Source: a virus
Direction: 5' to 3' (one strand)
Virus record (IMG/VR): IMGVR_UViG_3300009545_000023
Location: 2,701-66,700 of that record
DNA: 64,000 bases
Below the pieces are notes generated by a model that saw only the letters and a list, made by a program, of their open reading frames with translations, was not told the origin of the DNA and ran no database searches. Shown piece after piece: positions 36,467 through 45,099 of this stretch. The position numbers and the translations under genes are program-made. The stretch's first letter is position 1. Every line of letters starts with the position of its first letter.

Positions 36467-36946
36467 CTATTGTTTCTTCTTATCAAGTAGTATAGCGATT
36501 TCTCGCAGAGCATCTATATCGATTTTATTCCAATTGATTCCACGCAGACGCGCAACTAATTTGTATTTATCGATTTCATCAACGATATCTTTAGTCACTT
36601 GATATAGCATAGTGCCACGTGTCCACGAATCGGCTCCGCGTAGTTGCCCATCACTCTTATTGAACTCGTCTGTTCCGATACGGATACGAGTTGCAGTTAT
36701 GCCAGTGACTTGCTGTATCTCATAAGATCCGAAATGGCGTGCTACTTGATCACCAATCTTCAGGGATTCAAGCCAACGCTTACGCTCTGCTTGAGAACGT
36801 GCTAGCATTTCTCTGTAGCTAAGTGATTCTGCCTCTTCTGTAGACGCATCAACGCTCTGTTCAGTCTCGCTCACTCCATCACCAATCCTTTCCGCCATGC
36901 CGCAATGTGAGCGACGAGGCAACCAACCGCAAACAAAACCGCGCAC
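36467..36946 (-). CDS. SH3/beta-barrel-like phage protein
   Basis: LKIGDQVA...VTGITATRIRIG..EF..DG; start likely downstream. Confidence 0.55.
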   Translation of the reverse strand: MRGFVCGWLPRRSHCGMAERIGDGVSETEQSVDASTEEAESLSYREMLARSQAERKRWLESLKIGDQVARHFGSYEIQQVTGITATRIRIGTDEFNKSDGQLRGADSWTRGTMLYQVTKDIVDEIDKYKLVARLRGINWNKIDIDALREIAILLDKKKQ

Positions 36947-37086
36947 TTAAATCCCGCCATGCCGACCGTGCACACAATCACCTGGCGAAGGGTTGGAGCG
37001 GTCCCAAACAGCGCCGCCACGAACGGGATGGCGATCAGGGACAGCAGGGCAAGGGGCGGGAATGGAGGGAGAGGGCGGGTGGTCAT
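36871..37086 (-). CDS. Small membrane protein
   Basis: Two hydrophobic helices. Confidence 0.5.
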   Translation of the reverse strand: MTTRPLPPFPPLALLSLIAIPFVAALFGTAPTLRQVIVCTVGMAGFKCAVLFAVGCLVAHIAAWRKGLVME

Positions 37087-37481
37087 AGCGTGTCCCTCCA
37101 GATCAGCGGTCGGGCCGCCTTGGTCACCTGAGTAATCAGAGCGCGGAACGGTTCGATGTCCTCCAGGTCGCTTTCAACCTTCGTTTCGTCGCAGGACATC
37201 ACGGCGTAGATGCGCGGGCTATAGCTGATAGCGATTTGCCACCAACCGTCATAGTTCGGGAAGGCGCGACAGTTCATAGCGCCATTAGGTAAAGGCACGC
37301 CGGGAATTACAACTCCGCGAACAACTCCCTCCTCAGCGTGAAGACGCTCTACCTGAGCCATCGCTTCGTCGGTGAGAAAGCGGTTCGGCGACGGTCCATC
37401 CGATTCCCAGAATATGTGCGTCCATTTCCTGAAGGCGTCGAACGTCTTTTCGGCGGTTGCTTTATTCGATGTAGTGGTCAT
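37083..37481 (-). CDS. Hypothetical protein
   Basis: 132 aa coupled ORF. Confidence 0.55.
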   Translation of the reverse strand: MTTTSNKATAEKTFDAFRKWTHIFWESDGPSPNRFLTDEAMAQVERLHAEEGVVRGVVIPGVPLPNGAMNCRAFPNYDGWWQIAISYSPRIYAVMSCDETKVESDLEDIEPFRALITQVTKAARPLIWRDTL

Positions 37482-37729
37482 GCGTTCGGTTCCTCATTCG
37501 ATGCGGGCGGGGCGGTCGGAATCAGTTTGCCGCGTTTGTTCAGTTCGGCATAGCATTCGCCCTGCTCTTGTCCTAGCATCGTTAACTCTGCCCGTAGATC
37601 TTCCGTAAGTCTGTCCATCGCCTCAACGGTGGCAATCTTGTCGCGGTTTAGGCTCTCAATACGGGAGCACAGTTCGTCGTCGGTCATCTCACTTATCTTC
37701 ATGCTTCTGCTCCTCCTCGGTTGCGCCAT
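37478..37729 (-). CDS. Small coiled-coil protein
   Basis: KISEMTDDEL... helical. Confidence 0.55.
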   Translation of the reverse strand: MAQPRRSRSMKISEMTDDELCSRIESLNRDKIATVEAMDRLTEDLRAELTMLGQEQGECYAELNKRGKLIPTAPPASNEEPNA

Positions 37730-38042
37730 CGTTTGCGGCGGGGTCTTTCTTTTTCCTGCCCGATCCGGCCCGCTTCCCCCCCTGTGTTCCTAGAACCCAT
37801 GCGTCGGCGTCCACGATCCTTATTAACCGTCGTTTCAACATCTCGTCACGGATAGAGGGGAGCGATCCGCGAGACACTGCTGACTTGACTGTGCCCTCTG
37901 TCACACCCTTGCGGAGGGCAACTTCCTGCACCGGAATATACTCGAACCCATCAATTACTATCATCGTGTCCATGATAGCAGACTTCTTCTTTTCAAGCAT
38001 CCGAGTAGTTGCTTTTTTAGTCGCGCTTCTTGCTTTCCTCAT
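37689..38042 (-). CDS. Excisionase/MerR-like HTH protein with AT-hook-like tail
   Basis: YIPVQEVALRKGVTEGTVKSAVSRGSLPS...RRLI; GGKRAGSGRKKK; true start probably near 37965. Confidence 0.65.
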   Translation of the reverse strand: MRKARSATKKATTRMLEKKKSAIMDTMIVIDGFEYIPVQEVALRKGVTEGTVKSAVSRGSLPSIRDEMLKRRLIRIVDADAWVLGTQGGKRAGSGRKKKDPAANDGATEEEQKHEDK

Positions 38043-38076
38043 AAACCCATGCTATCATAAATCTAAGCCGTTGCAA
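38030..38076. promoter_or_regulatory. Overlapping divergent promoters
   Basis: Plus TTGCTT-17-TATCAT; minus TTGCAA-16-TAGCAT; both with TG extended -10; at the strand switch. Confidence 0.5.
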
Positions 38077-38096
38077 GAAAAGTTGAAAGGAGTTTA

Positions 38097-38627
38097 GTGA
38101 TGAGCATAAAAGAATACATGGAGTCAATCGGAGCGGAGTACCTCGGCGAGAACCATCACCTGTTCTCTTTTGGTCCCGGTCATGTCGTCTTCGAGGATGG
38201 GAATGTCGGCGATTGGTTTATCAACTCGTGCATTAAGAACTGCGACGAGGAACGGTTCGTAAGCCAATGGACGCCTGAGCAGTTGGGGTTAGTACGCACG
38301 GCGTTGGAGACGCTGAAAACCTATCCGTACAAAGACCGCTATATGTGGGCGCATGACGGCGAGGAACCGTCAGCAGAGGATCACGATGTCGAGGGCAAGC
38401 CTCTTGGTGATTGGGGCTATTGGGGTAACGATCCGCCTTGCGAACACATCATTGCACTCCGCAATTTCTTGATAGAGAGCGGGTTAAGTGTATACGGTGA
38501 GAACACAGAGTCCCCTAGAGGTTGGGTGAATGTGAATTGCGAGAAGTGTCAGAAGACCTATGAGGCGACGTTACAGAAACCATGGCGCACTGATGACGAT
38601 GAAGAAGACGAGGACGACGAGGATTAA
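38097..38627 (+). CDS. Hypothetical protein
   Basis: 176 aa, AAGGAG RBS. Confidence 0.6.
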   Translation: MMSIKEYMESIGAEYLGENHHLFSFGPGHVVFEDGNVGDWFINSCIKNCDEERFVSQWTPEQLGLVRTALETLKTYPYKDRYMWAHDGEEPSAEDHDVEGKPLGDWGYWGNDPPCEHIIALRNFLIESGLSVYGENTESPRGWVNVNCEKCQKTYEATLQKPWRTDDDEEDEDDED

Positions 38628-38657
38628 CGCATTCAAAACGCCGGGTCGTTCGTCCGG

Positions 38658-38927
38658 TTGGAAGGGAGGGAGTTGATGATGGCGGAAACAAAAACTGAAC
38701 CGCGACGGCTCATCGATAGACCGGGCTTTCAGTTGGCGCACGGTATCGTGCCTGAGCGCGAGGACGAGGCGATACCCGAAGAGTGTATCGTTGGTCGCTG
38801 TCCTGAGTGCGGAGACAGTCTCCTGAGTAATCTGTATTGGCACCCGGAGAAGGGGTATCTGCTCAGGTACGAGTGTGTGAGCGCGTTATTGCCGAACGGA
38901 CGATGCCATTTTTACTGCAATCCGTGA
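38658..38927 (+). CDS. Small Zn-finger protein
   Basis: CPECG...C...C. Confidence 0.55.
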   Translation: MEGRELMMAETKTEPRRLIDRPGFQLAHGIVPEREDEAIPEECIVGRCPECGDSLLSNLYWHPEKGYLLRYECVSALLPNGRCHFYCNP

Positions 38928-38946
38928 GAAAGGTTAGGTGGGATAA

Positions 38947-39324
38947 ATGCCATCTGTATTGACAGAGCAAGAGGCTATAGCGACGATTTTAGTCAATCAG
39001 CGTTTTATGAGGAATGGCTCACCGCCGATCATCAACGCACTTGACCTGCTGCCGAAGAAACTGAAAGATGAGGTGATGGGCGATGCGCAAGCAGTGATTG
39101 ATGGACTGAAGGCAAGCCGTCTACAGGAAGGCGCACAGGCAATTGACGATAAGAAGGATCGCCTATGGGAGTGTTGTGAATCATACATTAAAGGCAAGCA
39201 GGTCTGTGAAGAAGGTGTTTACCAAATGGATCACATCGCGCTTACTGCTCTTGATTTCATAAGCAGCGTTGGCGAGATTATTGGTTTTTACGAGTACCCG
39301 CCCGAAGACGAGGCCGCACCCTAG
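38947..39324 (+). CDS. Hypothetical protein
   Basis: 125 aa. Confidence 0.55.
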   Translation: MPSVLTEQEAIATILVNQRFMRNGSPPIINALDLLPKKLKDEVMGDAQAVIDGLKASRLQEGAQAIDDKKDRLWECCESYIKGKQVCEEGVYQMDHIALTALDFISSVGEIIGFYEYPPEDEAAP

Positions 39325-39327
39325 CCT

Positions 39328-39561
39328 ATGCGCAAGCCCTGGCTATCCCTTCGCCTGAACGACGATGGCACGGTCTCTGTCACCGGCTCGGTTGAACTCG
39401 TCGGCTTGTTGCTCAGGGACGCGGAGCAGGGTGCTTTCGCCATGCGGGAGAGGGTGGAGCAGGCAGACACGCGCCCGGACATTCGAAAAGTGATGACGGG
39501 TGATGTTGCAATGTATTTGCGGTTGTGCCGATGCCTGGAACGGGTGGCACAGAAAGAATGA
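39328..39561 (+). CDS. Hypothetical protein
   Basis: 77 aa. Confidence 0.5.
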   Translation: MRKPWLSLRLNDDGTVSVTGSVELVGLLLRDAEQGAFAMRERVEQADTRPDIRKVMTGDVAMYLRLCRCLERVAQKE

Positions 39562-39856
39562 GGGAGTGAGGAAGAGAATGGCTAAGATGTTAATCGACTT
39601 GGAGAAGGCCGGGTTTTCCGCGCTCTACGTCATGTGTGAGGATTGCGACGGGAAAGGCGGTTATCACCCGTATGACGATATCCTCTGTGAAAATGATACG
39701 TCACGATGGGTTGAGTGCCGCTCGTGTGGTGGTACAGGCAAGACTGACAATCGCGACACTGTGATACTGGAACTGGCAACGGCTATCGTGGCGCTCGAAG
39801 CATCGTTGAAGGCGGTCGGCGTTCCTTTGCTGGAACTGAAGGGAACCACCGAATGA
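39500..39856 (+). CDS. DnaJ-type zinc-finger repeat protein
   Basis: CEDCDGKG and CRSCGGTG; start probably MAKML. Confidence 0.6.
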   Translation: MMLQCICGCADAWNGWHRKNEGVRKRMAKMLIDLEKAGFSALYVMCEDCDGKGGYHPYDDILCENDTSRWVECRSCGGTGKTDNRDTVILELATAIVALEASLKAVGVPLLELKGTTE

Positions 39857-39899
39857 GCGCAGACTTTCAGCCGCCATCCGCCCTGTTGCTCGCTGTACT

Positions 39900-40256
39900 G
39901 TGCTTCCTGGCGGCTATGATCGCCGGGAGAGGCAGAGGAGGAGGGAGGTTGTCGTGAGTGAACCGAAAGATAGAGTTGAATTGAAAGCGCGTCTATTCGG
40001 TGCTGACGAGTTCAGGCGATGGGCGGCAGAGCATACAGCCGGTGAGCGACCGACGTTCACCGGTCTGAAGGTGACGCTGCACGGTGCTTGTGACGCTGAC
40101 TTCCCGCTGTTTGTGGTCTTCCGTGACTGCCTATATCAGCAGCGGCAGGTATCTATCGAAAACACTGAAGCGGGCCGCGTGTATGTCGGTGTCTATTGCA
40201 GAGAGGCAGCGGAGGCACTGACAGTAGACGACATCGTAAAAGGAGATTGGCGATGA
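39900..40256 (+). CDS. Hypothetical protein
   Basis: 118 aa; start probably later. Confidence 0.5.
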   Translation: MLPGGYDRRERQRRREVVVSEPKDRVELKARLFGADEFRRWAAEHTAGERPTFTGLKVTLHGACDADFPLFVVFRDCLYQQRQVSIENTEAGRVYVGVYCREAAEALTVDDIVKGDWR

Positions 40257-40753
40257 CCACACAAAACGAGGCACAAAGCGAGGCGATTCGAAGCGAGGAG
40301 CCGTTTTGGAAGCGGTGGGAGAAGTATGGAAACGGTAAGTGCGTATTCCTTTATCGTCGTCCCGAAGGCAAGCAGATAGAAGACGTTTACCTGGTGCAGC
40401 GCAGTCACGCATGTGTGCTTTCTGTATATGGTAACGGGTCTCGTGATTACAGAGCCTGTGATTGTGACGGACTAACCGTATACGGTGGCGATGTAGCCAA
40501 CGATATGCCTGAGTTCAAATGGGCTGCTGATGCAATGGCACACGCACGGGCGAAGGGTCTGCTTACTCCTGCTCCTCTCACGCCTTTAGAGCAGTCAGAG
40601 CAGCGTGTGAAGGAGTTGACGGCACTTCTAGTAGAGGCCGCTGACGCGCTCGAAGGCAGTTGTCCGCGTGGCACCATACCACCCGTGTACCAAGAAGAGG
40701 TAGCGAAGAAGATTAGGGCGGCACTCTCAGGCACGGAAGGAGCGCAAAAATGA
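40196..40753 (+). CDS. Hypothetical protein
   Basis: Start probably MTTQNE. Confidence 0.55.
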   Translation: MQRGSGGTDSRRHRKRRLAMTTQNEAQSEAIRSEEPFWKRWEKYGNGKCVFLYRRPEGKQIEDVYLVQRSHACVLSVYGNGSRDYRACDCDGLTVYGGDVANDMPEFKWAADAMAHARAKGLLTPAPLTPLEQSEQRVKELTALLVEAADALEGSCPRGTIPPVYQEEVAKKIRAALSGTEGAQK

Positions 40754-41277
40754 GCGAGACACCGGGATTGACGGCGGAACGGTTGGCATGGGCTAGGACG
40801 ACGATTAAACTGCTCATAGGCACGGGCGCAGGTTGGAAGGCTTCCAAGGACCGCGACACTTTGCTATCCGCTCTGCTGGACGCCGCCGAGGAGAACGTTA
40901 GGCTAAGAGAGCAGTTGGCATCAATCGAAGCGACCGCAGAGAACTTCGTCTTGAAAGTTGGCGCGTCCGAACTCTCAATTGAGGAAGTAAACCGGAATCT
41001 GCAAACTATCGCCAATTCGTTCAAAGAGAAATACGGCACTTACGAAGCGGCTTGTGAAGCGTTGGAAACGCTGACCGGTGCGGATCTCTTTTTGCATGAG
41101 TTACTGATGGATAAGTTCAGTTGCCTGAAGGTGACGAGAGACGCGCTCGCACAGTTGGCGGAATGGCGGGAGGTCGCGGAGGCGGTCGCGGTCGATTGGG
41201 AACACCCGCTCCAAATACGCAATGACGTTGCTTATATCAGGAACCTGATGGAGAAGTACCCGAAAGGCGGTGAGTGA
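40750..41277 (+). CDS. Hypothetical coiled-coil protein
   Basis: 175 aa coupled. Confidence 0.55.
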   Translation: MSETPGLTAERLAWARTTIKLLIGTGAGWKASKDRDTLLSALLDAAEENVRLREQLASIEATAENFVLKVGASELSIEEVNRNLQTIANSFKEKYGTYEAACEALETLTGADLFLHELLMDKFSCLKVTRDALAQLAEWREVAEAVAVDWEHPLQIRNDVAYIRNLMEKYPKGGE

Positions 41278-41690
41278 TGGAATATACGGAAGCCACAACC
41301 AATATAGGTCAGCCGCGAGTCATTACCGGCACACTGCAAGATATCAACGGTAGGCAAGAGGGCGTGTATCTGCCGCTTTCGGATCTGAAACAGGTGTGGG
41401 TGCAACGGCCGGATACGAGCGTTTCATCGTGGGACGTGCCGCACGAAATCTATTACGGTATCTATGTCGAGCAGTGCTATTCCGCGAAAGATCCGTCGTA
41501 TCGGGCGTGGGCCGTGAAGTGCGGTGCGTGGCAGAACGATTACCTTACACATGCTGGTGGATGGGAGACCGCGCCGATGCCGTCAGACCGCACCGACTCA
41601 TTCTATAAGCGTTGCCGATGGCCTGACTTTGGCGAAGCGATGGCGGCGGCACAGAAGGCAGTCGAGAAGGCGAAGGAGGCGAGCAAGTGA
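41274..41690 (+). CDS. Hypothetical phage protein
   Basis: WAV...L...GGWE..PMPSDRTDSF..RCRW motif. Confidence 0.6.
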   Translation: MMEYTEATTNIGQPRVITGTLQDINGRQEGVYLPLSDLKQVWVQRPDTSVSSWDVPHEIYYGIYVEQCYSAKDPSYRAWAVKCGAWQNDYLTHAGGWETAPMPSDRTDSFYKRCRWPDFGEAMAAAQKAVEKAKEASK

Positions 41691-41956
41691 CCGACCAGGA
41701 GTTGAAAGAGCGACCGTACAAAGGCACGTGGGGGCCGAACGGATACTGCAACTCAACTGCTTGCGACACGACGCCAGCATCGTATTACCATAACGGAAGA
41801 TACGAGGACGAAGGCAATAACCGGTGGTACTGCGCTGAGTGTGCTAGTAGGATAAACCAGCGGTTCGGGTCCGATATTTGCCGCACGAGACAGGGAGAGA
41901 TCCCGCCCAGCACAACGCCGACAGGGACAGACGATCAGGAGGGGATGAGATGTTGA
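41687..41956 (+). CDS. Small Cys-rich protein
   Basis: CNSTAC...WYCAECA. Confidence 0.6.
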   Translation: MTDQELKERPYKGTWGPNGYCNSTACDTTPASYYHNGRYEDEGNNRWYCAECASRINQRFGSDICRTRQGEIPPSTTPTGTDDQEGMRC

Positions 41957-42212
41957 TAGAGATACGTGCCGAGATTAACGGAAAAGTTTACGACCTTAAT
42001 AGCCCTGAAGAGTTGGAAATGCTAAAGGTCATAGCGTTGCAACGGATACAGATAATAGCACTATCAAAAGTTAAAAAACGTCGTGGCCCTTACTCCCTAA
42101 CCGATGAAGAGAGACAGAGGCGCAGGAGGCGTTTGTCTGCGATAAGCAAGGAGTAACATAAGGCGGTGTCACCTTATGCCCTTGATGACGGTGAGTTTTG
42201 ACGGCGTTATTG

Positions 42213-42848
42213 TCACGGCGTCGGCTGCTTAGAGATAGGATCGTTCGGGAATCGGGCTTTATACGAGGCGATCCAATCGGAGGCAGGATCGTTGCTCAGG
42301 AAGATTGCCTGCGCCTTTGGTAGCGTGATCTTGCCCGCCTGAAGGTCACGGTAAATTTTTGCCTCCAGCCGATCTTTGACCCGGAAATTCCATGTGCTGG
42401 TGCCGGTCTCAATCCAAAGGTTCAACCGCGAATTATCGCCGCCGAGACAAAGAGGCAGCCGGTGATCGACCTCTCGGCGAATGTGCGGGTCGGGCTTGAC
42501 GTGATACTCGGCGTAGACCGCGTTTTTGGTGGACTCGGGAACGTCTCGAACGCCCGTCTCACCATCGGATGCCGAACCGTTGGCGTAGCCCTTCTTGACG
42601 AGTTCTGAGACAGGCACAGGAGCACCATTGACCATCATGAGCGCACCAGGCGTTAGAATCGGGTCAGGGCGGATCGGTGCGCCATCGGAGGCTAGAACAG
42701 GCACAGAAGGCGCAGGAGAGGACAAAGCGATGACATGGACAGCGACCGGCGTTTCAACCGTGGCGGCGTGTTGTGCGATGCCCGCGATTCCGATAGTCGC
42801 GATGATTCCACCACCGAGACCTGCGGCGAGTTTGTAGAGGGTTGACAT
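42213..42848 (-). CDS. Exported HNH-like protein at the end of the lysis cassette
   Basis: N-terminal signal/TM; PDP.LTPGA, EVDHRLPLCLGG.N...NLW, KDRLE. Confidence 0.7.
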   Translation of the reverse strand: MSTLYKLAAGLGGGIIATIGIAGIAQHAATVETPVAVHVIALSSPAPSVPVLASDGAPIRPDPILTPGALMMVNGAPVPVSELVKKGYANGSASDGETGVRDVPESTKNAVYAEYHVKPDPHIRREVDHRLPLCLGGDNSRLNLWIETGTSTWNFRVKDRLEAKIYRDLQAGKITLPKAQAIFLSNDPASDWIASYKARFPNDPISKQPTP

Positions 42849-42878
42849 CTTTACTATCCTTTAGGAGGGATTGAGATA

Positions 42879-43238
42879 ATGGATAACTTTAAGATTGACA
42901 TAACAAGCGATGGGCGAGAAGGGTTCGACCTCGCAATGCAAATTGCCTTTCAGGGTCGCATTAAAGCGATTGGTTGGAAAGAAGTTGCTGATAAGGGCAT
43001 CATGCTGTACTGGACAAAGGCAGACGGCATAAACCTTCTACCGGTGCCGTTGGACGCGGCAGGCTCATCTGATCTTGTATGGCTATGGCTTGGCGGTCAA
43101 GACTACGGCAAAGAACCGGATCACGACGGGAGCAATGGAAGAGGTTGGCGCATATACAATGAGCAATGGCGGCGTGTTAACAACGAATGGGAAGCATTTA
43201 TCGCCATAAAGCCCGCATGGGCTATGTATGGGAAATGA
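42879..43238 (+). CDS. Hypothetical phage protein inserted antisense in the lysis cassette
   Basis: EPDHDGSN.RGWR...PAWAMYGK; AGGAGG RBS. Confidence 0.7.
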   Translation: MDNFKIDITSDGREGFDLAMQIAFQGRIKAIGWKEVADKGIMLYWTKADGINLLPVPLDAAGSSDLVWLWLGGQDYGKEPDHDGSNGRGWRIYNEQWRRVNNEWEAFIAIKPAWAMYGK

Positions 43239-43239
43239 T

Positions 43240-43503
43240 CTAACCGCCCGTCCCTGCTCCATCCGTTCCTGTCGAGATCGGCGGCGCGGAATCGATCGCA
43301 CCAACCGCCGCCGATTGTTCCTGTGCTTTGGTTGCGTCCCGCTCAGTCGGTGACTTGTCGATGAATGCTCGAACCGCCACAAGGCCCGCTAAGAGGACCG
43401 TAGCGCCTTCCTGATAGTATCCGTGCAGGTATTGCGTACCCGCTCCCAAAACAGCGATCAGGAAGTACAGCCAGCCGCGCAGTTGGTAGTCGAATCGTGT
43501 CAC
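43240..43503 (-). CDS. Small two-TM membrane protein (holin-like)
   Basis: Probable GTG start 43503 (GTGA overlap); two hydrophobic helices. Confidence 0.5.
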   Translation of the reverse strand: MTRFDYQLRGWLYFLIAVLGAGTQYLHGYYQEGATVLLAGLVAVRAFIDKSPTERDATKAQEQSAAVGAIDSAPPISTGTDGAGTGG

Positions 43504-44063
43504 GGTGATGTGCCTTTCTCGTATCGCTCTTTGTCCATCAATCGATCGGTGGTCAGTTGCTGAATTGCCATCTGGAACGTTGCCCGCTCTGCTGCCCATC
43601 CTGCCCGTTCATCAGCAGCACCGGCCCGCGTCGCCTCAAGTGCGCGGTGTAGTCGATCAATCTCTTTGTCCTGGCCCGCGATATAGGCGTCCTTCTTGTC
43701 AACCGTCGCCTCAAGATCGGCTATATGTCCCTCGGCAAAGGCGCGATACCGTTGCAGTTCCGAAGTGAGCGTATCGACCTTGCTTTCAAGCCGAACGACA
43801 TTAGCCTCGGCTATGGCGGCTTTTGATTCAGCAGCAATAGCCTTATCAAGCGTCTGTTCGTTCTTGTCGAATAGTTCACGGGCGATATCGGACCATTCTT
43901 GTTTTGACTTGTCTTTAGCCTGTGCCGCTGATAGATCCGTTTTTCTTGCTTCGTTGATTTGCGCCCAGCGAGCGGCGACGAGTGTTCCCGCCGAGGCGAT
44001 TGCCGCACTAGCCGTTGCAATGAATGCAGTTACCCAACCGCTCGTCGTTGCCTGTTCTGACAT
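43500..44063 (-). CDS. Membrane-anchored coiled-coil protein
   Basis: N-terminal TM plus long heptad region; lysis module. Confidence 0.6.
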   Translation of the reverse strand: MSEQATTSGWVTAFIATASAAIASAGTLVAARWAQINEARKTDLSAAQAKDKSKQEWSDIARELFDKNEQTLDKAIAAESKAAIAEANVVRLESKVDTLTSELQRYRAFAEGHIADLEATVDKKDAYIAGQDKEIDRLHRALEATRAGAADERAGWAAERATFQMAIQQLTTDRLMDKERYEKGTSP

Positions 44064-44079
44064 GGCACTACCTTATCTG

Positions 44080-44685
44080 TCATCTGCTGCTGACCTGCTG
44101 CACGGCCTGTGCGCTCGCTGTGGAGTCCTGCGCGGGCTGCGTGACCGTGTGAACCTGCGCGGTGGCTTCGACCGGTCCCGCTGCGGTCTGAGTCGTCACC
44201 GTTGCCGTGGTGTCGGTGGTGGTCGTGGCGTTGTACCGCTCCTGCAACCGATCGGCGAAGCGGACGAATGGTTCCTCCGCGCCATTGAAGAGGCTATGAA
44301 TGAAGTCTCTCAGCATGCGCTCACTGGTGCCGGGAGGGATATACCGGGCGATCAGAGGCGAGCAGGAAAAAGACGCATCGCGCAGGTTCTCAAGTATGCT
44401 CAGGCATTCGATACAGGCAAAGACAAAGCAGAAACCGATTGTGCTAAATAGTGGTGCATGGCAAATCTGCATCACATTCAGTGTTATTAATGCTCCTGCT
44501 TTTCGGATCGCGCCCCACCACCCCAGGTAACTGATAAATCGACGGTTCCGGAATGCCTTTATGAAACCGGTAAAGATGTCAACGAAAAATAGAAGCGTAA
44601 ACGGAACGTCCATCAGCATGACAGACTGAACTGTAGTAGCTTCGAATAAGCATTTTATGATGAATAAGAAGGTTTGTGGGTTCAT
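44080..44685 (-). CDS. Phage holin (holin_4/toxin secretion family)
   Basis: VDIFTGFIKA...S..G..G..RK, ECLSILEN. Confidence 0.85.
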   Translation of the reverse strand: MNPQTFLFIIKCLFEATTVQSVMLMDVPFTLLFFVDIFTGFIKAFRNRRFISYLGWWGAIRKAGALITLNVMQICHAPLFSTIGFCFVFACIECLSILENLRDASFSCSPLIARYIPPGTSERMLRDFIHSLFNGAEEPFVRFADRLQERYNATTTTDTTATVTTQTAAGPVEATAQVHTVTQPAQDSTASAQAVQQVSSR

Positions 44686-44828
44686 TTACTCGTGATCGAA
44701 ACGGGCGACCGCTGCCTGCTGAATGGCGCGGTGATGATGGCGATGGTGATTTCCTTTGTGATCGTGTAGGTTGCTATCGTTGCGCTTTTGGTGATAGGAT
44801 AGAGGCAAGTACCCGCTTGCCTTTCGAG

Positions 44829-44873
44829 GTGAGCCGGATCGGATGTCGAAGGGTTCGAGTCCCTTACGCTCAC
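44829..44873 (+). other. tRNA-like mini-element (acceptor-like stem plus T arm)
   Basis: GTGAGC...AAGGG-TTCGAGT-CCCTT-AC-GCTCAC; no D or anticodon arm. Confidence 0.5.
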
Positions 44874-44874
44874 T

Positions 44875-45099
44875 ATGAACGATAAGCCCATCTGGATCAA
44901 CTACACCAACTATCGCGGCGAGACAAGCGACCGTTTAATCGTGACGCGTGAACTCTTCTTCGGGTCGAACGAATGGCATCCTGATCCGCAATGGCTCCTT
45001 CGCGCTTTCGATGTCGAGAAGCAAGCAGAGCGCACCTTTGCCATGAAGGACGTTCACCGCTGGGACGTGCCGATTACTTCATCCCCGTCATCGTCTTAA
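44875..45099 (+). CDS. Stand-alone WYL-domain protein
   Basis: INYTNYRGETSDR.I...WLLRAFD.EKQAERTF. Confidence 0.85.
   Translation: MNDKPIWINYTNYRGETSDRLIVTRELFFGSNEWHPDPQWLLRAFDVEKQAERTFAMKDVHRWDVPITSSPSSS

Noticed and set aside
37689-38042. Integration module (xis plus int)
   Set aside because: An Xis-like HTH is present but no recombinase is encoded nearby or elsewhere in the window.
44829-44873. Complete tRNA gene
   Set aside because: Too short, with no D or anticodon arm and no CCA; kept only as a tRNA-like element.
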